This document shows positions 1 through 10,108 of a DNA stretch of 64,000 nucleotides, piece by piece. Position 1 is the first letter of the stretch. Every line of letters starts with the position of its first letter. The DNA is from an uncultured Eubacteriales bacterium (GTDB lineage: Bacteria > Bacillota > Clostridia > Peptostreptococcales > JAAYPU01), in contig CAYSBC010000003.1 of NCBI GenBank assembly GCA_964429195.1, forward strand, positions 729 through 64,728, written 5' to 3'. The position numbers were made by a program, and so were the translations under genes. The notes beneath the pieces are model-generated. The model made no database searches. It had not been told where the DNA came from and saw only the letters and a list, made by a program, of their open reading frames with translations.

Positions 1-100
1 TTTGATTTTTTTAAATCATATTTAGCACCTAAGAGACTAAATACCACATAAGTCTCTATAAAACTTGACCCAACATGAACCAATATCCACAATAAATCCA

Positions 101-829
101 TTATCTCACCTTCTCGAAAAATTCTTTTCTTACCTTTGTTTTTAAACGTCTACTTACGGGCAAAGACTCTCCGTTTGTGAGAACTATCACATCCTTTTCC
201 AAGGAATAAATTTTTTTAAAGTTGACAAGGCAACCCTGGTTGATTTGGATAAAAGATTCATGATTGAGTTCGCTAGTAAGCTTTTTTACAGATTTGTAAA
301 TCTCATATTCTTTGCCGCTTTCAGTAAAAAGCGAAATAGAATGACCTATTCTCTCAAAATATAAGATATCATTATAATAAATTTTAATTTTGTAGCTTGA
401 GGTTTCAATCGTATAAAAGTTGTTGGCCTCAATTATTCTTCTCTTGACCTCATCCAACACATCATACAATTGATGGATAACGACAGGTTTTATCAAGTAA
501 TTGAGGGGATCTGTTTTATAGGTTTCAAAAATATAACCATTATGCGCACTGACATAGATGACATGGATATCCTGAATCAGAGACTTTATTCTTTGGACAA
601 CTTCGATGCCGTTCATATTATCCATCTCAATATCCTGAAACAGGAGGTTGTAATTCTTTCCTTTATTAGAAATATTTTCTAGCATGCTTGCACCATTATC
701 GTATTCGTCGATGACAGGAGTTTGCTCACCTTCGAAATGTTTGGTCATGTATTCTTTAATTTTGTCAATTAAAAAAACTCTCTCACTGGCATTGTCATCA
801 CAAACTGCTATTCGGAAAATATTATCCAT
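101..829 (-). CDS. LytTR-family response regulator (receiver + LytTR DNA-binding domain)
   Basis: 242-aa ORF. N-terminal receiver-like region (IAVCDDN...LLFQDIEMDNMNG) and C-terminal LytTR-like region (YFERIGHSISLFT...LPVSRR). AAGGAGGAG lies upstream of the ATG. No cognate kinase is visible inside the window. Confidence 0.85.
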   Translation of the reverse strand: MDNIFRIAVCDDNASERVFLIDKIKEYMTKHFEGEQTPVIDEYDNGASMLENISNKGKNYNLLFQDIEMDNMNGIEVVQRIKSLIQDIHVIYVSAHNGYIFETYKTDPLNYLIKPVVIHQLYDVLDEVKRRIIEANNFYTIETSSYKIKIYYNDILYFERIGHSISLFTESGKEYEIYKSVKKLTSELNHESFIQINQGCLVNFKKIYSLEKDVIVLTNGESLPVSRRLKTKVRKEFFEKVR

Positions 830-939
830 CCTTTATTCATACTCCTCCTTGTCCAGGTAACAAGTTTATCTTTAAAAAGCCTATCGCCTTAATTTATTTT
901 AAAGCGACTATCATCAAGCCTGTCCTTGAGTAATCAGAT

Positions 940-3900
940 TTAAGAATTAATTTTTTGTACTTTTATCAGAGTATCAATACCATTTAAATTGTAGCTTTCA
1001 ACATCTTGTAACATTGACCTTTCAATAGATAAAGCTAAAGTTTCTTTCTGAACATAATCCTTATGAAGCCGAAGTGCATCTTCTATCCTTTCATCATCTG
1101 AATAATAGACTATCTTGATGTTATCCAATACTTCAAGATCGCTATTTTTTCGAATCTGCTGGACTTTAGAAACAAATTCTCTCGCTAATCCTTCATAAGC
1201 AAGCTCTTCCGTTACATGAGTATCTAAAACTGTAAATATATTATTCTCCATGGCCACTGTAAAACCATCTTTTGCCACGATGTTAATATTGAGCATTTCT
1301 TTGGTGATTTCGGTACTTTCGCCTTCAAGCTCCAGAAGAACCTTTCCATGCTGCTCCAGCTCATCTATTATATCTTCCGCTTTAACAGAATTCAAAGCTT
1401 TACCTAAAGATTTGACCTTACTGCCTAACAGTGGCCCTGCTGCTTTAAAGTCTGGCTTTAAGCTATAGTTCATATACTGAGCTAATTCTTTTTCGAATAT
1501 AACCTCCTTAATATTCAATTCTTCGATAATTAAATCTGTCATATCACCAATTAAGTCTTCGAATTTACCATCTACAATAATTTTATTCAAAGGTTGTCTT
1601 ACTTTTATCTTTTCTTGTTCTCTGGCAGCACGGCCCAAGCCTACTAATACTCTGACCAAATCCATTCTCTCCTCGATAAAATCATCTACCAGTTCTTCAT
1701 TAAATTCCGGATAGTAATCTAAATGAACTGACTCTTTCCCCGTTAGTTTTTGATAGATTTCTTCTGATAAGAAAGGTGCAAAAGGTGCCATCAATTTAGA
1801 GACCCCTACTAATACTTCGTAGGTTGTATTGTATACTGCCTTTTTATCATCTGTCATCTTTGTATCCCAAAATCTTCTTCTAGCTCTCCTGATATACCAA
1901 TTAGATAGATCTTCATCAACAAAGCTCTGAATATAGCGCACAGCTTTCATGAGATCATACCTTTCCATCTCTTCTGTCACTGCTTGGATGAGTTTGTTAT
2001 ATTTAGACAGCATCCATCGATCCAGTTCAGGTCTCTCATCATATGGAATGTAGAAATCTTCAATATTGATTTCATCCGTGTTTGAATACATCACAAAGAA
2101 ATTGTACACATTTTTTAGGGTTCCAAAGAATTTATTTTGATTCTCCTTAAGACCCTCTTCATCAAATTTTGTTGGTGTCCATACCGGTGAAACATGCAGT
2201 AAATACCATCGTGTAGCATCAGCACCGTATTGATCAAATAAGCTAAAAGGATCAACTGTGTTGCCTCTTGACTTAGACATTTTCTTACCTTCTTTGTCCA
2301 ATATCAAGTCATTGACCAATACGTTTTTATAGGGTGCTCTTCCTTTGACAAATGTCGAAATAGCCATCAAGGAATAGAACCATCCTCTGGTTTGATCAAT
2401 TCCTTCGCATATAAAATCTGCAGGAAACAATTCGTCAAAGTTTTCACTGTTTTCAAATGGATAATGGTGTTGTGCAAAAGGCATGGAACCACTATCAAAC
2501 CAACAATCAATGACCTCGGATACTCTAGACATGGTTTGTCCGCACTTTTCACAGGTTAGATGAACATCATCCACATGGGGTCTGTGTAATTCTATGCTTT
2601 CATCAATATTTTCGATCGCTTTTTCTGCAAGCTCTTTCCTAGAACCAATGGATTCTAAATGACCGCATTCGCAACGCCAAATATTGAGCGGTGTCCCCCA
2701 GTACCTGTTTCTAGAAATTGCCCAATCATTGACATTTTCAAGCCAGTTTCCAAACCTCTTTTCACCTATATAATCCGGGAACCAATTAACACTGTTATTG
2801 TTTTCAATCAGTTGATCCCGAAGTTTTGTCATTTCAATATACCAGCTAGGCTTAGCATAATATAAAAGAGGAGTTGTGCATCTCCAGCAATGAGGATAAT
2901 TGTGTTCAAGCTTTTCTTTCGAGAATACTTTGTTTTCGCTATGAAGCCATTTAATAATATCGATATCACAATCCATGACAAATCTACCGGCCCATGGAGT
3001 TTCTGTGTATTTTCCATCTTCCCCCACCGGATTAGGCACCGGTAAATTATATTTTTTCCCTGTTTGGTAATCATCCTCGCCAAAAGCAGGGGCCGTATGA
3101 ACAATGCCTGTTCCATCCTCTGTTGTCACATAATCATTGCATGTGACATAAAATGCTTTTTTATCTACTGGAACAAAAGGCATTAATTGCTCATATTCGC
3201 TGTATTCTAAAGCTTTGCCTTTCATTCTCTCTATGATTTCATAGTCATCGCCTAAGATTTTGTTCGCTAAGGCCTCGGCTAAATAGTACACTTTTCCTTC
3301 AGCTCTTGCTTTAATGTAATCCAAGTCCGGGTGAACTGTTAAAGATACGTTGGATGCTAAGGTCCAAGGAGTTGTCGTCCATGCCAAAAAATAGGCATCC
3401 TCATCCTTCTTCTTAAAGGCGACTACAACTGTATTGCTCTTAATTTCCTTGTAACCAAGGGCAACTTCATGGGATGCAAGTCCTGTTCCGCAACGAGGGC
3501 AATAAGGAAGTATTTTATGCCCCTCATAAATAAGTCCTTCATCAAAAAACCTCTTTAATATCCACCATACGGATTCGATATAATCATTATCCAGTGTAAT
3601 ATAAGGATTATCCATGTCAATGAGATAGCCCATCCTTCTGGTCATCTCTCGCCATTGTTTTTCATAAATAAATACGGATTCTCTGCATTTTTTATTGAAT
3701 TCAGCCAGTCCATAAATTTCTATATCTTGCTTGCTGGATAATGCTAACTGCTTCTCCACCTCTATTTCAACAGGTAATCCATGGGTATCCCAACCTGCTT
3801 TTCTCTTGACTTGGTAACCTCTCATCGTTTTGTATCTGCAAACACTGTCTTTAAGTGTTCTTGCTATAACGTGGTGTATTCCCGGCTTCCCATTTGCAGT

Positions 3901-4041
3901 AGGAGGCCCTTCATAAAAGATAAAGGCCGGGCTACCCCCTCTTGTAGTCACACACTTTTCTAATAAATTCTGCTCTTCCCATTGGATAGCTTGCCTGTTT
4001 TGAACCTCTGATATAGGTTCCTTGGATAAGTTTTCAAACAT
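940..4041 (-). CDS. ileS: isoleucyl-tRNA synthetase (long, type-2-like form)
   Basis: HIGH-type motif PTANGKPGIHH and KMSKS motif KMSKSRGN, with length about 1033 aa. Start moved from the GTG at 4050 to the ATG at 4041, which has AAAGGTGA 6 nt upstream. Confidence 0.96.
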   Translation of the reverse strand: MFENLSKEPISEVQNRQAIQWEEQNLLEKCVTTRGGSPAFIFYEGPPTANGKPGIHHVIARTLKDSVCRYKTMRGYQVKRKAGWDTHGLPVEIEVEKQLALSSKQDIEIYGLAEFNKKCRESVFIYEKQWREMTRRMGYLIDMDNPYITLDNDYIESVWWILKRFFDEGLIYEGHKILPYCPRCGTGLASHEVALGYKEIKSNTVVVAFKKKDEDAYFLAWTTTPWTLASNVSLTVHPDLDYIKARAEGKVYYLAEALANKILGDDYEIIERMKGKALEYSEYEQLMPFVPVDKKAFYVTCNDYVTTEDGTGIVHTAPAFGEDDYQTGKKYNLPVPNPVGEDGKYTETPWAGRFVMDCDIDIIKWLHSENKVFSKEKLEHNYPHCWRCTTPLLYYAKPSWYIEMTKLRDQLIENNNSVNWFPDYIGEKRFGNWLENVNDWAISRNRYWGTPLNIWRCECGHLESIGSRKELAEKAIENIDESIELHRPHVDDVHLTCEKCGQTMSRVSEVIDCWFDSGSMPFAQHHYPFENSENFDELFPADFICEGIDQTRGWFYSLMAISTFVKGRAPYKNVLVNDLILDKEGKKMSKSRGNTVDPFSLFDQYGADATRWYLLHVSPVWTPTKFDEEGLKENQNKFFGTLKNVYNFFVMYSNTDEINIEDFYIPYDERPELDRWMLSKYNKLIQAVTEEMERYDLMKAVRYIQSFVDEDLSNWYIRRARRRFWDTKMTDDKKAVYNTTYEVLVGVSKLMAPFAPFLSEEIYQKLTGKESVHLDYYPEFNEELVDDFIEERMDLVRVLVGLGRAAREQEKIKVRQPLNKIIVDGKFEDLIGDMTDLIIEELNIKEVIFEKELAQYMNYSLKPDFKAAGPLLGSKVKSLGKALNSVKAEDIIDELEQHGKVLLELEGESTEITKEMLNINIVAKDGFTVAMENNIFTVLDTHVTEELAYEGLAREFVSKVQQIRKNSDLEVLDNIKIVYYSDDERIEDALRLHKDYVQKETLALSIERSMLQDVESYNLNGIDTLIKVQKINS

Positions 4042-4194
4042 GTATTTCACCTTTTATTCTATATATTTAACATAACAAAATTATTATAACTCTTGTATCC
4101 GTTTCTACTTCGCTGTTATTAATTTTAACAGACATCATCAATTAGTCAAGTATAAATAGGATTGGAGCTCTTTTGATACAGCTGAAATCAATAA

Positions 4195-4246
4195 TTTTTT
4201 TGAAAAAGCTATCTTGAAATAGACGCTCTATAACAAGATAGCTTTT
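4195..4246 (-). terminator. rho-independent terminator after the 1173-aa flavoprotein gene
   Basis: Perfect 14-bp stem AAAAAGCTATCTTG (4203-4216) / CAAGATAGCTTTTT (4233-4246), flanked by A/T runs on both sides, so it could act bidirectionally. Confidence 0.8.
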
Positions 4247-4291
4247 TAAATTTTTGTGCCTTAAAACTATTAAAAGGCTATTTATTTTAGA

Positions 4292-7200
4292 TTATCTTTG
4301 TGCAGGTCTTGGTAGTAATCCGGCTATCATTTTCATAAGGTTGTCTGTAGGCATCATTTTTGGTGTAAATAAAGGTCCTTGGTTAACAACTGCTAATTTT
4401 GCCTTCTTGTTTTCGGATGCAAATCCATCTCTATACAATACATCACCCATGATTTCACCAAGCTTCGCTTCTCTGTAATAAGGAAGGTTCGCTTTCATGT
4501 CCGTCGTCACATCCTCAAGGGTATTGTATCCCATTGGTTTTTGGAATACCTTCACCATTTCTGCAACCATTTCCCAGTTACTGTAGGCAACCGTTGAATT
4601 GAATGCCTTTGTGACTTTTTGTAGCCTTCTTTCAGTATTTGTGAAAGTACCATCTGTTTCTGCATAAGAAGTAGCTGGGAACACGATATCTGCTTTTTTA
4701 GCTGTTTCTGTTAGATGAGTGTCCTGAACCATTAAGAATTCTAAACCTTCCAATTCCATTGCAGGATCTTCACCAAATATCATCAATGCTTTCAAGCCTT
4801 TTGCAGCTTCTGCTCCGGCTGTTATTCCCATGTCAATTAGACCTTGGCTATTATTCTTAGCTTTAACTTCAAGTATACCGTTTCTTGGCCCACCAATGTG
4901 TCCTGAAATAACTGCGATATCGGCTACTAATTTAGCTCCTTCTAAAGATAAGAGGGATTGATTGAATACAATCATCGCTTTTTTAGCTGCCATATAAGCA
5001 TCTGCTATTTCACTTGCTTCCTTGCTGACAGCAATGCCATCAAGGCTAGCTTTAAATTCTTCAAATCCGTCAGCATCTGTCTTAGCCTTTCCACTGTCAA
5101 GGATAGCTTTGGCTATCTCTTTTAAGAAAGTCACATCGTTTTCAGGCATAACCATTTTTTTAGCCTCTGCTACTGGTGGAAGTCCTTGCATGCCTACTGA
5201 AATAACATCTACTCCCTTTTTAGCAGCTTCTCTAATTCTTAATCCGGCAACAGGACTAAACATGGAGCTAAAGCCTACTGTTAATATAAGGTTTGTTGAT
5301 AGAAGCTCTTCAAAGGTATTTGGAGATGCGTCTTTTCCAAATACATCCTTTAACCCGCTTTGTGCCGCATTGAAGGTAAAGGTCTTAGCACCAATTGTTT
5401 CTGCAAACTTCTTGATGACATAAGCTTCTTCATTCGTATATCTATCGGATATAGCAACACCTACAGAATCTCTGCCTGATCTTGCAAATGTGCTTTGAAC
5501 TTTTTTAGCTGCGTAGACAAATGCTTCATACCAGTCCACTTCAACCAATTGACCCTCTTTTTTGATCATAGGTTTTGTCAATCTTCCATCAGCATTGAAC
5601 ATGTCATATCCAAATCGTCCTTTTCCGCATAGAAGGCCTTTATTGACTACACCTTCCTTGTCCGGCAATGTTCTTATTGCTGTATTTCCTATGAATTTCA
5701 AATCCATGCTACATCCAACAGAACACATAGAACATGTTGTGTTGACACTCTCTTCCGCTACCGGAACAGATTTTACAAAGGATGGTTTTTCTGCTAATGC
5801 TCCTGTAGGACATACGCTGATACATTGACCACAAGATACACATCCGGAATCCAGTAAGGATTCGCCAAGAGCCGGTCTTACCACTGTATCAAACCCTCTG
5901 TCAACGAAGCCTAAAGCAGTAACTCCCATCACCTCATCACAGATTCTTACGCATAGTCCGCAAAGGATACATTTATTCGGGTCTCTCAAAATAAATGGAT
6001 GATCATCTTCACATTCTGCTTTATTAATTTCTCCTGCAAATCGCTTAAAGTCCACATTATAGTCATTTGAGAAATCAATTAATTTACATTCGAAGTAGTC
6101 ATGGCAACCACATTCTAAACATCTGGAAGCTTCTTTTTTAGCTTCTTCTTTTGTATAACATTCCAGAATTTCTCCAAAATTATCTTTTCTCATTTCAGGA
6201 GATAGATGTCTGTTGGCAGGTCTATATCTTCTTTCTCTTTCTTCAAAGTCCTCAGGAGTTAAATCATCTCTTGTGACGATGAATGGTTCTATATAACCAA
6301 CTACTTCTCCTGCAAGATAACCATCAATAGCATCTGCAGCTTTCTTAGCATGAGATATGGACTCTATCGCAATAGAAATCTTATCATTGAAGCAGTCTCC
6401 GCCTACGAAGACACCCGGTTCGCTTGTCATGAATGTGCTTTCATCACCCATGATTCCCTTTCGTTTTGTACGGCTTAAGCTTTCAAATCCAGAAGAATCT
6501 ACTTGTTGACCAATAGCAACGATAACATTGTCCACTTCAATAATTTCTTCTTCTCCTTCAATAGCTTTAGGGCTTCTTCTGCCACTTGCATCAGGCTCCC
6601 CTAGCTCCATCTTTTGAAGTCTTATTTTAGAAACCTTGCCATTTTCACCTATTATTTCAATAGGATTGGATAGATATTTAAAGATTACGCCTTCTTCTTC
6701 AGCTTCAACTATTTCTATCTCTTCAGCAGGCATTTCATCTCTTGTACGTCTGTATATATTATAGACTTCTTTAACACCAAGTCTAACGGCTGTTCTGCAA
6801 GCGTCCATAGCCGTATTTCCACCACCGACTATAGCTACTCTTTCCCCAAGCTTAACATCTTCATTAACAACTATCTTCTTTAGGAAATCGATACCACCAT
6901 ATACGCCTTCTAATTCTTCACCTGTACAGGATAGTGGTGCACTTTGCCAAGCACCAATAGCAATGTATACAGCATCATAATCTTCCTTTAAGCTCTCAAG
7001 GGTAATGTCTCTGCCTATTTTTACATTATTAATAAGCTTTGCACCCATCTTACTGATTAAGGATATTTCTTGATCAACGATTTCTTTAGGAAGTCTGTAT
7101 TCAGGAATTCCGTATCTGAACATACCACCCATTTTAGGCATGGCATCCATAACAGTGACATCATGGCCTTTCATTCTTAGGTAGTAAGCTGCAGATAATC

Positions 7201-7813
7201 CACTTGGACCTCCACCGATGACAGCCACTCTTTTATTTGTATCCGGTTTCATTTCCGGTATAAAAGGATTGTCTGTTTCTAAGTCTACGTCTGCCGCAAA
7301 TCTTTTTAGATAAGCTATAGCAATCGGCTCATCAACCAGCTGCCTTCTACATGCAGTTTCGCAAGGATGAGGACAAACTCTACCAATAGATGCCGGTAGC
7401 GGAATCTTGTCCTTAATCAATTTATTCGATTCTGCATATTCACCGTTAGCGATTAAGCCTACATAACCTTGGCAATCAGTTTCAGCAGGGCATGCAAGCA
7501 CGCAAGGTGGTCTGCAATCTCCAATATGCTGTGTTAATAAGAGTTCTAAATTTGTTTTTCTGGATTCTCTGATCTTTTCATTGTCTGTTTTTACAATCAT
7601 ATTATCCGAAATTTCTGTAGCACATGCCTTGAGTAATTTAGGCATTCCTTCTACTTCTACCATGCATAATCCGCAAGATCCATAAATTTCAGTTCTTTCG
7701 TCATAGCAGAGAGTAGGTATAAATATATCATTTTCTTTAGCAACTTCAAGAATAGTTTGGCCGCTAAATCCAGTTACTTCTTTACCGTTGATGTTTAATC
7801 TAAGTTTCTTCAT
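4292..7813 (-). CDS. multidomain FeS flavoprotein: 2Fe-2S/NuoG-like N-terminus + GltD/NfnB-like FAD-NAD(P)H domain + 2x[4Fe-4S] + catalytically degenerate molybdopterin-oxidoreductase-like domain (StnC-like)
   Basis: N-terminal ferredoxin-like SCGLCMVEV. Two dinucleotide folds (VAVIGGGPSGLSAA, VAIVGGGNTAMDA). Ferredoxin motifs CILCGLCVRIC and CVSCGQCISVCP. MopB-type 4Fe-4S start CSMCSVGC. Start set at MKKLRLNINGK (7813), which has AAAGAGGTGA upstream. Confidence 0.8.
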   Translation of the reverse strand: MKKLRLNINGKEVTGFSGQTILEVAKENDIFIPTLCYDERTEIYGSCGLCMVEVEGMPKLLKACATEISDNMIVKTDNEKIRESRKTNLELLLTQHIGDCRPPCVLACPAETDCQGYVGLIANGEYAESNKLIKDKIPLPASIGRVCPHPCETACRRQLVDEPIAIAYLKRFAADVDLETDNPFIPEMKPDTNKRVAVIGGGPSGLSAAYYLRMKGHDVTVMDAMPKMGGMFRYGIPEYRLPKEIVDQEISLISKMGAKLINNVKIGRDITLESLKEDYDAVYIAIGAWQSAPLSCTGEELEGVYGGIDFLKKIVVNEDVKLGERVAIVGGGNTAMDACRTAVRLGVKEVYNIYRRTRDEMPAEEIEIVEAEEEGVIFKYLSNPIEIIGENGKVSKIRLQKMELGEPDASGRRSPKAIEGEEEIIEVDNVIVAIGQQVDSSGFESLSRTKRKGIMGDESTFMTSEPGVFVGGDCFNDKISIAIESISHAKKAADAIDGYLAGEVVGYIEPFIVTRDDLTPEDFEERERRYRPANRHLSPEMRKDNFGEILECYTKEEAKKEASRCLECGCHDYFECKLIDFSNDYNVDFKRFAGEINKAECEDDHPFILRDPNKCILCGLCVRICDEVMGVTALGFVDRGFDTVVRPALGESLLDSGCVSCGQCISVCPTGALAEKPSFVKSVPVAEESVNTTCSMCSVGCSMDLKFIGNTAIRTLPDKEGVVNKGLLCGKGRFGYDMFNADGRLTKPMIKKEGQLVEVDWYEAFVYAAKKVQSTFARSGRDSVGVAISDRYTNEEAYVIKKFAETIGAKTFTFNAAQSGLKDVFGKDASPNTFEELLSTNLILTVGFSSMFSPVAGLRIREAAKKGVDVISVGMQGLPPVAEAKKMVMPENDVTFLKEIAKAILDSGKAKTDADGFEEFKASLDGIAVSKEASEIADAYMAAKKAMIVFNQSLLSLEGAKLVADIAVISGHIGGPRNGILEVKAKNNSQGLIDMGITAGAEAAKGLKALMIFGEDPAMELEGLEFLMVQDTHLTETAKKADIVFPATSYAETDGTFTNTERRLQKVTKAFNSTVAYSNWEMVAEMVKVFQKPMGYNTLEDVTTDMKANLPYYREAKLGEIMGDVLYRDGFASENKKAKLAVVNQGPLFTPKMMPTDNLMKMIAGLLPRPAQR

Positions 7814-7833
7814 TTTTCTATCACCTCTTTCCA

Positions 7834-9585
7834 CTAATCTCTACTGATAGCGTCAAATTTACATGATTCTTCGCATTTGCCACATTGGATACATAACTCT
7901 TGATTAATAACATGTGGTTTTTTCAATTCACCTGTTATAGCCTTTGTAGGGCATTTTCTTGCGCAGATGGTACACCCTGTACACTTATCTTCATGAATCA
8001 TAAATGTAAGAAGTGCAGTACAAGATTTTGCCGTACATTTTTTCTTATAAATATGGTCCTCAAATTCATTTCTAAAGTATCTTAATGTTGTCAATATAGG
8101 GTTTGGTGCTGTTTGACCAAGTCCGCACATACTTCCTTCACTGATTTTTCTTGCTAATTCCTCCAGCAGCTCAATGTCACCGTCTTTGCCTTCTCCCTTT
8201 GTAATTCTTTCAAGGATCTCAAGCATCCTCTTCGTACCTATACGACAGTAATTACATTTTCCACAGGATTCTTTTCTTGTAAAGTCTAAGAAGTAACGGG
8301 CCATATCCACCATACAAGTGGTTTCATCCATGACAACCATACCACCAGATCCCATGATTGCTCCGGTCTTTGTAATCGATGCATATTCAATGACTGTATC
8401 TTGGAGATCTGCCGGTATACATCCTCCGGAAGGTCCGCCCATTTGAACAGCCTTAAACTGTTTATTATTTTTAATGCCGCCACCGATATCTTGAATAACA
8501 TCTCTTAAGGTTAAACCCATAGGAATTTCTACAAGTCCACCTTTGTTAATCTTGCCGGTTAATGCGAATACTTTTGTTCCTTTACTTTCCTCGGTTCCTT
8601 TATCAGCATAAGCCTGACCACCATGATTGATAATCCAGGCAACGTTTGCAAAAGTTTCTACGTTATTGATATTGGTAGGTTTTTGCCAGTATCCCTTTTG
8701 AGCCGGGAATGGTGGCTTTAACCTTGGCATACCCCTTTCCCCTTCAAGAGAGGCTATAAGGGCTGTTTCTTCACCGCAAACGAAAGCTCCTGCTCCCGCT
8801 TTTATCCTTATATCAAAATCAAAACCGCTCCCTAATATATTTTTACCTAGGAAACCTTTTTCTCTGGCTTGCCCCAATGCCTTTTCAAGACGAACGATTG
8901 CAAGTGGATATTCTGCTCTTACATAAACAATTCCTTCAATAGCATTCATGGCAAAACCGCCGATAATCATTCCTTCAATCAAGGAATGCGGGTCTCCTTC
9001 AAGTACACTTCTATCCATAAATGCACCCGGATCTCCTTCGTCAGCATTACATACAATATATTTTTCTTTTCCCGGTGATTGGTAGGCTGCATTCCACTTA
9101 AACCAAGTAGGGAATCCTGCTCCGCCTCTTCCTCTTAAACCGGAAATCTTGATTTCTTCTATTAAGCTTTCGGGTGTCATTTGTGTTAATACTTTTGTAG
9201 TAGCGTCATAACCTCCGATTTCAATGTATTCATCAATGCTTTCAGGATCGATGATACCGCAATTACGAAGAACGATTCTATCTTGCTTGCTTAATATATC
9301 CTTATCGACTTGTGATATAGCCAATGGTTCTACAGGACTTCCTTCAACCACATGCTTGTCTATAATTTCTGCTACTTGTTCCGGCTTAACCTTGACATAA
9401 GTTGTCTTATTTCCGCCATCATCAAAAACATCCACCATAGGCTCTAAATGACATGTTCCGATACATCCTGCAATTTTAAGAGATGCATCCACATGCTTTT
9501 CGCCTAAAATCTTTTCTATTTCATCGTATACTTTACCGGCGCCTGCAGCTAACCCGCAGCTTCCTTGACCTACAACTATTTTCAT
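7834..9585 (-). CDS. NuoF/HydB-like NADH-binding FMN FeS subunit
   Basis: 583 aa. GLRGRGGAGFPT FMN/NADH motif, SCGKCNYCR N3-cluster motif, and C-terminal 2x[4Fe-4S] (CTGCTICARKCP, CIQCGKCEESC). GGAGGTGA RBS. The stop abuts the next gene. Confidence 0.92.
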   Translation of the reverse strand: MKIVVGQGSCGLAAGAGKVYDEIEKILGEKHVDASLKIAGCIGTCHLEPMVDVFDDGGNKTTYVKVKPEQVAEIIDKHVVEGSPVEPLAISQVDKDILSKQDRIVLRNCGIIDPESIDEYIEIGGYDATTKVLTQMTPESLIEEIKISGLRGRGGAGFPTWFKWNAAYQSPGKEKYIVCNADEGDPGAFMDRSVLEGDPHSLIEGMIIGGFAMNAIEGIVYVRAEYPLAIVRLEKALGQAREKGFLGKNILGSGFDFDIRIKAGAGAFVCGEETALIASLEGERGMPRLKPPFPAQKGYWQKPTNINNVETFANVAWIINHGGQAYADKGTEESKGTKVFALTGKINKGGLVEIPMGLTLRDVIQDIGGGIKNNKQFKAVQMGGPSGGCIPADLQDTVIEYASITKTGAIMGSGGMVVMDETTCMVDMARYFLDFTRKESCGKCNYCRIGTKRMLEILERITKGEGKDGDIELLEELARKISEGSMCGLGQTAPNPILTTLRYFRNEFEDHIYKKKCTAKSCTALLTFMIHEDKCTGCTICARKCPTKAITGELKKPHVINQELCIQCGKCEESCKFDAISRD

Positions 9586-9586
9586 T

Positions 9587-10108
9587 CTATTTCACCTCCG
9601 CAGAGTTTTTTAGGCGAATTTGTTTAATTATTTTTCTAGCGCTGTCTTTAGTTAAGTTTCCATAGGTTTCGCCATTGATCATCATAACAGGAGAAAGACT
9701 GCAACAGCCTAAACAGGCTACATTATTTAATGTAAACAAACCATCAGCAGTTGTTTGTCCTTCCTCAATTTCAAGTTCTTCACAGATAGCTTCTTCTATA
9801 AAGCTCGCCCCGTTAACGTGGCATGCTGTTCCTTGACATAGCATGATAAGATTTTCACCTATAGGCTCTAATCTAAATTGCGTATAAAATGTGACAACCC
9901 CATAAATTTTTGCTACTTTTATACCTGTTTCTTTCGAAATATAATTCATTATTTCCTTTGGTAAATAACCATAGATATCTTGAGCCTTTTGTAAGATAGT
10001 AATTAAACTCCCCGGAGTTTTTTTGTACTTATCAAGAACCGGATCAAGCTTTGCATAATCAAATACTGGACCTTGCCCCTCTTGGCAATGACAATTAGTA
10101 CCGCACAT
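9587..10108 (-). CDS. NuoE/HydC-like 2Fe-2S subunit
   Basis: Thioredoxin-like 2Fe-2S pattern (LCQGTACH ... CLGCCSLSP). Start placed at the second ATG (MCGTNCH), which has AGGGAG 9 nt upstream. The ORF is open to 10132. Confidence 0.85.
   Translation of the reverse strand: MCGTNCHCQEGQGPVFDYAKLDPVLDKYKKTPGSLITILQKAQDIYGYLPKEIMNYISKETGIKVAKIYGVVTFYTQFRLEPIGENLIMLCQGTACHVNGASFIEEAICEELEIEEGQTTADGLFTLNNVACLGCCSLSPVMMINGETYGNLTKDSARKIIKQIRLKNSAEVK

Noticed and set aside
4051-4200. T-box leader upstream of ileS (common in Firmicutes)
   Set aside because: No GGTGGTACCGCG-like T-box sequence, AGAGA bulge or terminator/antiterminator pair was found. Only a promoter-like TTGACT-16-TAAAAT is present.
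4292-5730. Calling the C-terminal molybdopterin-oxidoreductase-like domain of the 1173-aa protein a formate dehydrogenase (possibly Sec-containing, given the sel genes nearby)
   Set aside because: There is no in-frame TGA. No Cys/Sec-His active-site motif occurs at the expected position (the sequence reads FNAAQSGLKDVFG). The domain appears to lack the C-terminal MGD-binding cap, so it looks like a degenerate NuoG-type remnant.
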